Shown here: positions 34,910 through 46,388 of the stretch, piece by piece
Layout of the letters: the number at the start of each line of letters is the position of its first letter
How positions within the stretch are numbered: the first letter of the stretch is position 1
NCBI GenBank assembly: GCA_001600695.1
Contig: BCKQ01000007.1
Coordinates: forward strand, 190,613-254,612
DNA length: 64,000 nt
Origin: Ascoidea asiatica JCM 7603
Lineage: Eukaryota; Fungi; Ascomycota
Direction: 5' to 3'
The notes under the pieces: model-generated
The model's input: the letters and a program-made list of their open reading frames with translations, nothing else
Told to the model about the DNA's origin: nothing
Databases searched by the model: none
Position numbers and translations under genes: made by a program

Positions 34910-36818
34910 ATTATCGATGGGCTGTTTCTTTTATGGCCTTTTTTTCAAATTCAAAAAATTTTAGAGGTCCTCATTGCTTTTTAATCGTCTCACACCTATT
35001 AAAATAAAAAAACTTTTGAAATTTAGCTTTGCTTTTTCACTTTAACTTAAACCGAATTTCTCGAGAATTTTCTGGTTATGCAATTACATATAAAAAAAGA
35101 AATAAAAAACAATAACTTGGGAATTCATGATTTCAAAAAGCTCTCCTAAAGAAACCTCATTTGTCACTTTTTGGTTATAATAATTCCACTTTCAATCATC
35201 ATTGTTCTCTTAACAACAGTATCATTAACAAAAGAAGAGTAAATCATTGGTCTCAAAAAATGGTCTTTATTTGAAAATTGGAAATTAACTTTCAAAGATT
35301 AACAGTGTTAGTAGTATTTTTTTCTCAATGATTGTTTTTAGCAGTAATTTAGAGTAGTGTACAGATATTATTGTGATAACCCTTCCAATTTATAAATTCT
35401 CTTTATCTGAGTTTTAACTCATAGCCATTTTGTAACAAAAAAGGGCTTTGTAATAATTTGATTAAAATACATAAATCAAAACATAATGTATTTAGATAAA
35501 TGTGCGTATTTTACTATTTTATTATTTTCAACTGAATTTCATTTTATCAAAAGAGTACAAATAGTTTGAATCAGAACCTTTCTTGATTAGCAATAAACTA
35601 TGATAACTTTTTATTACTAACCAGATTTTAGTCTTGATTTTGCTAATCTGAAGAGTCATTAATCTAATTGAGTTAAAATTTAATACTTTTTTGAAAAGTT
35701 TTTTTTCACCTATGCAATTTCTGTTATCACTTAGTTGACTATATTTTTAGCTATGGCTCAAGTAAACTGCTTTTTGGACTTATCAAATATTTCTGAATAA
35801 GCTAATATGTTCACATTTAATGACTGAAATAGGAAATGATAAACCTGGGTAATAGGATTAAAAGTAAATTTGAAAATATGGATATTGAAACTGATAACTT
35901 TTTTTAAACTCGATATCATTCTTAGCTGAAATTTGTAATTTATTTCAGCATAATATTATTGTTTTAATGATATTTTACATAGCAACTATTCCTTGTGGAA
36001 ATAATTATCATTTTATCAGTACGTGGATAAGAAGTTTTCCAATTTCAAATAGACAAAAATGCATAGCTACTTTTTTGTGTCTTTGAATAAAATTAATCAA
36101 TCCATGATCTAAGCACATTTTAATTGAAATTGTGTCTCACCTTACTTATCTAATTATCACAGCTTTTCAGGGAATAATCATCATCCCTTTTGAACTTTCA
36201 AAAAACTTTTCCTTTTCAGTTTCCATCATTGTTTTTTATTACCTAAAACCACAAAAGATTTGCGACTGAATTTTCTCACCTGATTTTATTTTGCAAACAA
36301 AACGCAAAAATCCACTTTCTACTGCAGTTTTCTGTTACTTATTAGCTTAGTCATCGCTGAGTAAGCTACTGGAACAAAGAACTTTGAATGTTTATTCAAT
36401 ATTCATTAAATAATATAATCAAAATTTCACTAAAGATAAATTAAAAGACTAGCTAAGATGATTAATGGGCCTTAATTGGAATTCAAAAGAAAATACAAAA
36501 GTTCTTAGGGGGTGAAGACAATTAATTATCTTACTCCTACTAAAGTATAATTCTAAAATAGATGTTTATTAATGTAGAGGAGACTAGAACAGACAAATTA
36601 TTATTCATTAATACAAAATAAAAATAAAAATGAAGTAAAAAAAAAAAAAAAGCAATAAATATTTAAAAGCGAATGAAAAATTAAATCATTGAAAAGTGAG
36701 CACAAATAAAAGCAGATTATAAATTATACATGAGGAAGGGAATAAAACACAAAAAAATAAAAATTAACTAAAAAGAATATTGAATTTGAAGACTTTCTAA
36801 ATATGATTTAGAAAATAT

Positions 36819-38057
36819 TTATATTATTGATCTTTTTTTCAAAAGAGAACGTTTATGAAAGGAATTAAACATTGATTTTGGTATTTTTTTGAATGTGGAT
36901 TTTTCTTGAATTAAGTCTGATTCTTTTGGTTCTGAGATTTGTTCATCTATAATTGTAGGAAATGAATCAAAATTATCTTTCATCAATTTAAAAGAAAAAG
37001 AATTACTCATAGAGTGACCATAGCTATTTATAGGTTCATTTAGGCCTTCTCTATCTATTGCTCTTATTTCTTCATTTAAAGGCATTTTATTTCTCGAATA
37101 AGTCTTAACTCTATTAGGTATATGTGAATTACCTGTAGTTTCACGAAAGTTTTCATTAAAATTAATTATTTGACTAGAGCCTTCTGCACCTGATCCAACA
37201 GAAGTAGGATTAGAAAATAATGTACTTCCTGTTTCATATGGGGTTAATGAATAATCAGATACTGGAACTTCACTGAATTTTATAATAGGATCTACTCCAC
37301 CTGCCAACATTGTATTTGCTAAAAATGAATATAATCTGGCCCAAAGATCTTCTAATTCAACTGTAAATGAAATTCCAAATCTATCTTGTAATGTTTTCAA
37401 AAAAGCTTCACCCATCAATTCATGATGTGATGCTTCAATACAAAGAATTCTAGTATGTCTTCTACCTAATTGAATTAAATAATCTTCAAGAAAACTTAAA
37501 TCTTCCAAAGTTGTGATAGCAGTACTTAAAACTCCTGAAAATGCAACAGCTTGATGCTTTATGGATGGAAACAATTTTTCTAAGCCTGGGGACATCGATA
37601 ATAAGTTAAAATAAAATTGAGAGCAAAATAAAGAGGAAGCCATTGCTTTTATTACTGGAATCTTTTTCATTTCCTTGACATCGTCGGCACTTTCAAATCC
37701 AAATATATCTGCATTATCATTTGAGTCTGTTAAAACTGCATTCCATGAAGTCCTTATTAATCTCATTTCATGTGGAGTTAATTTCAAGGATATTTTCACT
37801 TCTGGTATATAGACTGGAGTTGATTGCTGTATAGGATAAAATATATATTGATCTTGTTTAAGAGCTTTTTGATTATCTAAATCATATGGGTCATCTGCAG
37901 ATATAAATGTTTCTGTGCTTGATGCATATGTTTTTTCATTATTATATCGATCAAATTTCTGATGATTGAGACTATTATATGAAGAAGAAGACAGTGATGT
38001 GATGGCTGTATAATCTGATTCCTGATCATATGGACGAGATTCGAAAGAAGAAAACAT
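36819..38057 (-). CDS. Single-domain globin protein (YNL234W-like), paralogue 1
   Basis: LIRTSW (A helix), FCSQFY (Tyr B10), KLFP (Phe CD1), KHQA (Gln E7), LGRRH (His F8), MGEAFL and WARLY motifs. No FAD/NAD reductase domain; low-complexity flanks. Confidence 0.88.
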   Translation of the reverse strand: MFSSFESRPYDQESDYTAITSLSSSSYNSLNHQKFDRYNNEKTYASSTETFISADDPYDLDNQKALKQDQYIFYPIQQSTPVYIPEVKISLKLTPHEMRLIRTSWNAVLTDSNDNADIFGFESADDVKEMKKIPVIKAMASSLFCSQFYFNLLSMSPGLEKLFPSIKHQAVAFSGVLSTAITTLEDLSFLEDYLIQLGRRHTRILCIEASHHELMGEAFLKTLQDRFGISFTVELEDLWARLYSFLANTMLAGGVDPIIKFSEVPVSDYSLTPYETGSTLFSNPTSVGSGAEGSSQIINFNENFRETTGNSHIPNRVKTYSRNKMPLNEEIRAIDREGLNEPINSYGHSMSNSFSFKLMKDNFDSFPTIIDEQISEPKESDLIQEKSTFKKIPKSMFNSFHKRSLLKKRSII

Positions 38058-41000
38058 TTTTTATCAAACTGATTTATTTTTCTAAATATTTTTTGATAAT
38101 TTTTTTATTTTTATTCGACTAATATTTATAAAATACTGAGATATTTATGCTTGAATGTTTATAATTAGAAACAAATCAGAAAATTAGAATATTATTTGTT
38201 TTATATTAATTTCCAAATTTATAAATGAATAAAACAAATTTAAGAAAAGAAATTCAACGTTAAAAGAATAAATTATTTTTCAAGAATATTATGTTGTATT
38301 TATACTGATTTCAATATTTGAAAGTGACATTAGTAAATTACAGAATTAAATAATATTTGAGTCAACTATTAAAAAATTATACATTTTAAAAAGAAAGAGA
38401 GTGCAGATAAGGAGAAAAAAAATCTCTTTGTCTTTCAGTATTATTTTCAACATTTAACGTTAGAAAAAAGCGTTTATTTTTTATTCTCCGATCCTTGAAA
38501 ATTTATTATAAATTTGTTATTGTTTGTTTTTTTATTAATACCTTAGTAGCACAATTTAACTATTTACATTCCTTATTTGGTTGATTTATCAACTCATCAA
38601 ATTAAATAATAAATATTTTTTAATGATCGATGTAATTATATAATTATTTTTGCAATTTTTTTGAAAATTGGCCGAAAATAAGTTTCTCATAAATTTGAAA
38701 AAACCTTACCATTTCAACAAAAATACTGTATCATAGTCATGTTTTAACTAAAATTGTAAAATGATCACTCACCCTTGAGCAAACCTAGAATGATTCTAAA
38801 CATATTTATTGTACTTGATTTCAAATTTTTTTTACTGAAAATTACACTAAAGCGAATTATTTCAACAATGAGACAATTAGCTAAGAAACAATTCAATATG
38901 GAATCATAATTTCAACCATTGTTAGTAATACGGTCTGGTTTGATTTTTCAAAAGAACGGAAGTTAGAAGTAGAAGTTGATTTAATAATACAGTATCAATA
39001 GTATAATATTTTTATATTTTCACAGATTTAAAGTTGCAATTATGGGCCAATAATAATAGAAAAAAAAACTTGAAAAAAAAAAGACGGTACACCTTATTAG
39101 GTAACGTTAATGTTAGCAACCGTTTTGAATTTTTTTCATCATCTTCATAAATCATTTTCATGTGGTATATTAATAGTTTTACAGTAAAAATGCCGAAAGG
39201 TATGTGTGAAATTTTACTGTACTGCACTTTCATCAAAAATAATCCCATAAAAAACATAGTGCGAAGAATTTTTATAGAAAATTCTCTCGGGATAAATTAT
39301 TAAAGGATATTATTAGAATAAGGTGTAAGAATTTTTATTTTGTAATATAGTTTACTCATATATCAAGAACCTCATTGGAGGAAAAACTAAAGGAGTAAAT
39401 TCACTCTCACTACCTTTTTGTAACCTAACATCAAAGTGTGAGTTTAAACTAAGAATAATAATTTAAATACTTTATAAATACTTCCTTAACACAAAATTGT
39501 TTAAATTTGCTTGAAAGCGGTTCAAGTACTGTAGTATAAGAGCTATCTAAACACTCCTTAGTATTAATTTTCAAACAAAGGAAGAATTGATTTGAGCTCA
39601 CAAACAATTGTTTGTAGTTCAAAATATCTTCTTCATGTTTTATGGCTAGAGGAATTTGTCTAGTGATTAAAATCTAAAAGAAGTCTTGAAATACGTGGGT
39701 AAGTTTAAGCAATGTCTTTTAATAAGGGGACTATTTTTCTGAGAAAATATGTTTTGCTAGAGTTAACTAACCAAAATACCATGATTTTAATGTTTGTGGT
39801 AAATCACACGAGATTAAGTTCCCATTAAACTGAAACCTTATTTTGAACCGTAACTTAATTGCATTTAGCTCACCGAACGTTATTGGATACTGCATACAAA
39901 CTGTAATTTTCAGTATGAGACATGCAGAATATTAAACAATATAGCATTAGCACACAGTATATTCTCTTAGCGGAGCTATGCTGAAACTTTTCAACGAATT
40001 TCAAATACGAAAATTTTCAAAAAGGCATTTTGAAGCAGAATTCTTGCAAGAAGGCCTTAATCCAACTATCCTATGAAGGCCCGGATCTTTATTCAAAACA
40101 AGAAGTTGCTGTTGATACTTAAAGATCGAATGATAAATTTTTGATCAAAAGTTTAGGTGGTAGGTGGCAATGTTAGTCTAGGTATTACTTACTCTTTTAC
40201 CTTGTTGTACGAAAGAGCCATTTGTAGCTTTCTCGAAATGATTTTACCTCCTTCTCCCCACAAAAAAAGCCAATGCCTTTACTTTCCAGTTTTGGTTTAT
40301 GGGGGATTTTTATTTCTCATCTTAGCAAGAAACGAAAAGACAAAATAACTAAAAGAAAAGGCTATAATTGTTGAGCTATAATGATTTTTAGTCAATTGTA
40401 TTGAACTCATTTGATTACAGAGAGGTTTATTATAAAATTCGGATTTTGAAATTAAATTTTTAAGAATCTCAGCTTTTTTTGCCTGTTTTAGAATAAAAAG
40501 TTTTTAATAATTTTTATTATGAGAATTTGTTCACAATCTTTGTAGAACAATTTTTTTTTTTCCAACGGCTAGTGGGGCTTTCAAAAATTGTTAAAAAATG
40601 TAAAAAAACCGTTTTGGGTCAAATCTGATAATTGAATGTAGTTACATTTATTTGAAATTCTTTATAATTTTTGTTGAACATATTTTTTTGGAAAGAATGG
40701 AAAGAATGAATAATTGATATTAAAGAATTGAAGCCTGTTCATGATGTTTTTAAAAACAGAAAATGATATCAATTCTCTTGTCACTTTTTCAAATAAGGCT
40801 CAGTAATTAGGATTATTCAATTACTCACAATTTTTTTCAAATGTTATCCACTATAATTGAGCACAATTTCTGATTTATTTTATAAATAACCGTTTATTCG
40901 ATTATTTTTAACGGCTTAATATGAATAAGATGACAGATTAAATTTTATGGAGTTGAATAGAACATTTTTATTCAACTGAAAAATAACTGCACTGCTCTAC

Positions 41001-42625
41001 TGGATCTTTCTTTTTTCTATTAATGCCTCAAATTTGAGTAAAATTAAACCAAAAATTAGTCAATTTCTGAATAATCAAATTCCCAGCCCAAAGTTTCAGA
41101 ATTCTAGAAAAATTAAAATTCATCAACTAAAATAGTTTTAAAAAAATTCAATGATTATTTAATCCAAAAATTTATAGCACTGTGAGTAAATTGAAGCCTC
41201 CAGAAGGATTTGAAAAAATAATTGATTGAAACTCTTTTATATTATCAAAAACAACTTTTAATCAGAAAGTCAAGGTATTGCGTACTTTCCAAGGTACTCA
41301 TTTAACTGTTTTAGCAAATCATAAGCTATTATCAGATATTTCAAATAAACATCACTTCCTTTTTAAATAAAATCTAGTTTTTCTTTTGAAGGTTTTTTTT
41401 TTTATTTATATTAACTTTTTATTTCCATGAGTTGAACGTTTAATTTAGGCAAAAATTTCCTGTAATTTAATCATTCTTTATGAAAATAATAAAAAAATTA
41501 TGTTAATAACAAAAACGGAAAAATTTTTATTATTTCGCCTAGTAGTTACACAACTTAACAGATTGATTTAACACTACTCCACCATAAATGAAAAATCTTT
41601 TCAATTTACCTTTTCCCAAAATTATCATATGGTTCAGTTTTCTTATTTGTTGACCAAAAAATTTTATTATAAAAATTCTTGGATTTGCTTCATCTTGCGT
41701 TGATTGAAATTTTTTTTTTCAGTCTGATTTTTTACCACCAACGGTTAGAAATTATACGGAATGTGTATTTTTTTTATTCATTATAAAATAATCTCTATTT
41801 TAAAATCTTTTTTTTTCTTCTTTCCTTTAATTTTTACTAAAAATAAAACATGTTTATGTCTAAGGGATTGATTTTTATTTGGTGTTTTGATTTAAATTTA
41901 AGACACTATCAGAAAATTTTATTAAAAAGCCTACATTGATTCTTAAATATGGCTCCATAATAAGGAATTATTATCTGAATTATTCTTTTTTAAAATGATC
42001 TCATTCCTCATGATTACTGTCTTTGGTGATAATAATTCCTATTATCATCAGCAAAAATATTAAATAAATCTTTGTTTTGGTAAAAAAATGACGAATAAAA
42101 CAAAACAAATTTCAAGCACGATAAAATTAGCGTAATAAACGAAATCGGGTTAAATGACCTTTAAATGCGTTCTCGGAAGAAGAAGGAAACAAGTAAAAGA
42201 AAACCCTAAGAATTAAGTAATAATTGTTAATTGTGAGGATGATTCGTTTACCATCAAATTGTCAATACTAAAGATTATTAAATAGACTACTTACTACAAT
42301 TTATGTTGAGTTGAAAAGAAATCATGTTTACTATTGGTATGAATATTATACAAAAAAAAAAGTAGTTATTAAAAAATGATAATAATAAAAAAAACATTGA
42401 AAGTAGAATGAAGTGAAGTAAAAGAAATTTAAACAATGGTTAACACAAAAAATTAGAAATAAACATTTTTCAAAAAAACATAACTCATAAACTATAGCAC
42501 AAAATTAAAACATCAGTCTAACTCTTAACCAAGAATATACATATAAAAAACATATAAAAAAGAGAAACAGAAATGTAGGAATGATAAAAACACTTTCTAA
42601 ACGTTTGAAGAAGATTTTGATAAAA

Positions 42626-44065
42626 TTAAATTTCATATCGAGCTCTATTGGAATTAGGTAAAAAGACATTAAATCTCTTTTTGAAATATCTAAGTTTTGA
42701 TTTCTTAAAATTATCTTCCATCAGATGATCTTCTGTAGAAAAATCTATTGTTGATTGACTATCTATTGGCTGAAGAGTTCCATCGGTACTTTCATTATCG
42801 TATTCATACCCCAAAGTAACATTACTAAAGAATGAATTCAATGGTTTATATGAAGGTCTATTTCCAGTTCCATTTGAAACCAAGGTTGCATCTGATAAAG
42901 TTAAACTGTCACTTAAGTTTGTTGTATTGGATAAGGATGGCTCAATTAAGCCATTTATCATAAATCTATCATAATCGTTATGAAGAGAGTAATCCTCAGG
43001 AAATTTCATAATAGGATCAACACCTCCTTGTAGAATTGTATTAGCTAAAAAGGAATATAATCTTGACCAAACATCTTCAAGTTCTACTGAAAAACTAATT
43101 CCAAATCTATCTTGAAATGTTTTTAAAAATGCTTCACCCATAATTTCAAAATGTGGAGGTTCTATTCCCAATATTCTTGCATGCCTTCTACCTAATTGAA
43201 TTAAGTAATCTTCCAATAATGATAAGTTTTCAAGATGTGTAATTGCAGTTCCTAATACACCTGAATATGCAACTGCTTGATGTTCTATTGAAGGATATAA
43301 CTTTTCTAAATCTGGAGCAAGGGATAACAAGTTATGATAAAATTGTCGACAAAAAAGTGATGAAGAAGATGCTGTTATTGGAGGTCCCATAAAATTTGGG
43401 TTGTAATCCTTTTCTTCTGGTGAATCTAATAACATTTGTGTCCATGATGACCTTATTAATCTAATTTCATGATTTGTGAGTGTAAGTGTTGTTATTATTT
43501 TCATAGGTTGTTCAACACTTATAAGATTTCTATCTGTGAAAACCATTGGAGGGGAAATATTAAATATATGAGTATTATCTCTATCTATATTGAAAGTTGA
43601 AGTAAAATTTGATTTAAGACTATGAGTATCAGAGTTTGAAATTGAGTTCGTAATTTTATGATTAATAGAATTTAAAGAATTTTTTTTGGTTGAAGAAGAG
43701 AATATTGAAGGAGAACTTATATAGTGAGATGAACCTGACTTAGTTCTTTTACTGTCAGAATATTTTAAATTATTATAGGGATTGCTAATAGTATGAGTAT
43801 TATTTTCACTATTATTATTTTTAATATTATAATTATTTGATGAAGTTGATTGTTTTAAGGAAATTGAATCGGACTCAAAACTTTTTATAGTTGAAGAAGA
43901 CGACATAATGGAATTATTCTCATGATCGTCCTGAGTATTTATATTGTAATTTAATTTGCTTGTACTTATTGAATCATAATCAATATCAATTGTATCTGGG
44001 AAACTAATTATATGCTGACCTCTATCTGCATTTGATAAATTGAATTGGTAATAAATTTGAGCCAT
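42626..44065 (-). CDS. Single-domain globin protein (YNL234W-like), paralogue 2
   Basis: Same globin motifs. About 79% identical to paralogue 1 over about 122 aa (hand count), with unrelated Ser-rich flanks. Confidence 0.88.
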   Translation of the reverse strand: MAQIYYQFNLSNADRGQHIISFPDTIDIDYDSISTSKLNYNINTQDDHENNSIMSSSSTIKSFESDSISLKQSTSSNNYNIKNNNSENNTHTISNPYNNLKYSDSKRTKSGSSHYISSPSIFSSSTKKNSLNSINHKITNSISNSDTHSLKSNFTSTFNIDRDNTHIFNISPPMVFTDRNLISVEQPMKIITTLTLTNHEIRLIRSSWTQMLLDSPEEKDYNPNFMGPPITASSSSLFCRQFYHNLLSLAPDLEKLYPSIEHQAVAYSGVLGTAITHLENLSLLEDYLIQLGRRHARILGIEPPHFEIMGEAFLKTFQDRFGISFSVELEDVWSRLYSFLANTILQGGVDPIMKFPEDYSLHNDYDRFMINGLIEPSLSNTTNLSDSLTLSDATLVSNGTGNRPSYKPLNSFFSNVTLGYEYDNESTDGTLQPIDSQSTIDFSTEDHLMEDNFKKSKLRYFKKRFNVFLPNSNRARYEI

Positions 44066-45051
44066 ATTGATTTATCGATTTATTTTATGGGAAGTATACT
44101 ATAAAGAAAAATATATTAAATTAAAAAAAACAATAGAATTTTTAAAGGAATATCACCTAAATATATATGTAAAAGAATAATCTTAGATTTTTGTACTTTT
44201 TTTAATCTCCTACATGGTAATCAATGTAAAATTACTAATTTAACCTAAGTATATCTTTACTGTGGTAAATTTCATGACTTTTTCTGGAATTATTGACTAA
44301 GCATCAGCCAATATTATTACCAGTAAGGTAATATAAATCTCCAATACTTTTTATTACGTATTATTAACATAAACTGGAAAAAAAATAATGCAAAAAAAAA
44401 TGGAATCCTGATAATAAATATTATTCATATCCAAATAAATTTTAAGTCTAATTTAAAGGATGACTTTTATGGAACCTCTTTAGCGAATAAATTTCACCGA
44501 AGTACATGTGTGCATTGAAAAATGAATGCTATTGTACTACTACCATTAATTTATAAATCGGTGAATAACAAACGTTAAAGAAGACAGTAATTAACATGTT
44601 CTCACTAAAATTGTCTCCTTTTAATTTAATTGAAATAGAAAATTATTTTTGGAAGTTATTTTTCAAAATTATTTCAAATAATTGTTCAAGAATTGAATTT
44701 ATAATCAAATTTTCAGGTAATTAAGTCAATAAAAACAATAGATTTTTTTTCAATATGATAACGAAAACTATTTTGAAATATCTTGTTTTTTCTTTTCAAT
44801 GAATTATGAACCTCAGAATATCTTTTTTGCTTATTTGAATAAAAAAAAAAGTACGATAAAGGAATTGTCTGTTTTTTTTAGGAGAATTTTATCAAATTTT
44901 GCTACAAAGCGATTTCCATTTTAAAATCGAATCTAGTTTCTCGTTTTTAAAAGAAAATTCAAGAAACAAAATACTGTTGACAGAAATGCTTCAACAATCA
45001 TTTCTGACCTCAGTTCTTATAATACTAAGTTATGATCCCGTGATTATTTTT

Positions 45052-45185
45052 TTGTTTCAATTTTTTGTTTCAATTTTTATTATGTGTTTCAATTTTTATT
45101 ATATGTTTCAATTATGTGTTTCAATTTTCATTATGTGTCTCAATTTTTATTTTATGTTTTAATTTTTTGTTTCAAACTTTATTAC
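45052..45185 (+). repeat. Degenerate minisatellite, consensus about TGTTTCAATTTTTATTA(TG), about 8 copies
   Basis: Repeated TGTTTCAATT cores with variable spacers. Confidence 0.8.
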
Positions 45186-45893
45186 GTGAGTAATTTGTTT
45201 ATTTATTTTTTTATATTTTCGTGTTTGTTTATTTATTTCTCCATTAGGTAGATCTTTGTTTACATTTTGGAGACCAGCAGGATATATAAAAAGATATTGA
45301 AACACTTATAATTATTTTAATTTCATTTTAATTTATTTTTTAAATTATTATTAATCTTTATTATTCATATTACATGTCAAATAACATAATCATTTTAACT
45401 TCTCCCTCTGTAAGTCAAAAAATTAAACAATTTGAAAATAAGTTAAGACTTTATCTCCTTCTTATTTTGGAATTTTATGTTTAACATAACGACAAAACTT
45501 TTTTTATTGATGATTCAATTGATATTTCTAATAATAATAAAACTAAAAGAATGTTTCAAAACTTAACTAATGCAAGTGCAAATTATATAATCATTTTAAT
45601 ATACTTTTCTAAATTAAAGTTATTTATTGCATAACAAGACTCAGCACTCTATTATATCGACCGCAATAATTCAAGTTTAACTTTAATTAAAAATTATTTA
45701 TGTTCAATTAATATTCATTCAACATTTCTTTTTCTATCAATTCCACTTTAATTTTAATTTAAATGTTGATCCTAAATTTAATTTGTATCATAAGTTATCA
45801 CAATTTAGTTTTATTATTCATGCCGTGTTATTTTCCAAAATGGAAAAAAATATTATTTAGGAAAAATCAATTTCGAAAATTATATGTCAAATT

Positions 45894-46388
45894 ATGTTAT
45901 CACCTAACAAGCGTAAGCTAAAACATAGAGGCATGTTAGTTAAACCTGATCAACATTCAACATTAATCACCAATATTAATGATAACGTTGAAGAAATCCA
46001 AGTTATTGTTGAAAAAGGAGTCACTCAAGACCTTTATGGTTCATTTAAAAATAATAACGATGACCTTCCGCATTTATTCAGAACTCAAAAATTCCGGTTT
46101 CATCTTCATTCCGACGGTATGGTTCACTACAAACCAAATAAATCGGTGGTTGAAAAAATTGTTATTAATCAAAGTGATTATCAAAGGCATGTTTTACAAA
46201 TTATTAAATCCGAGTTAAAAAGAAAACTTTTAAGTGTTTCCAGACTTTGGAGACTGGTTCATCGTAAGTATTTTAATATTTTTCAGCCAATGTTTACTAG
46301 AATTTTCAATAAGTTCAATGAGCTTATTGAACTTTTTAGTGATTCATCTTCTTCTGATAGAGAAGTTGAATTCATTGGCGCTTTTTAA
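45894..46388 (+). CDS. Orphan 164-aa protein resembling a degenerate integrase zinc-binding (H2C2-type) domain
   Basis: Pattern FRFHLHSDGMVHYK...KIVI...QRHVLQII...VSRLWRLVHRKYFNI parallels F-x-L-x-DG-LYYK...VI...R-IL-x-H...GxxKT-x-I-x-KYxxI, but the His/Cys ligands are absent. TATATAAA at about 45283. Confidence 0.45.
   Translation: MLSPNKRKLKHRGMLVKPDQHSTLITNINDNVEEIQVIVEKGVTQDLYGSFKNNNDDLPHLFRTQKFRFHLHSDGMVHYKPNKSVVEKIVINQSDYQRHVLQIIKSELKRKLLSVSRLWRLVHRKYFNIFQPMFTRIFNKFNELIELFSDSSSSDREVEFIGAF

Noticed and set aside
39900-40350. Slightly GC-richer patch with short ORFs, possible pseudogene
   Set aside because: No recognisable protein motif in the frames I read.
38330-44300. Yap1-type TTACTAA/TGACTAA sites upstream of both globins (38330, 44232, 44294)
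   Set aside because: AT-rich 7-mers are expected about once per 1-2 kb at this composition, so they are not distinguishable from chance.
45052-45185. CRISPR-like appearance of the repeat arrays here and at 28222
   Set aside because: Eukaryotic context, no unique spacers and no cas genes; these are simple minisatellites.
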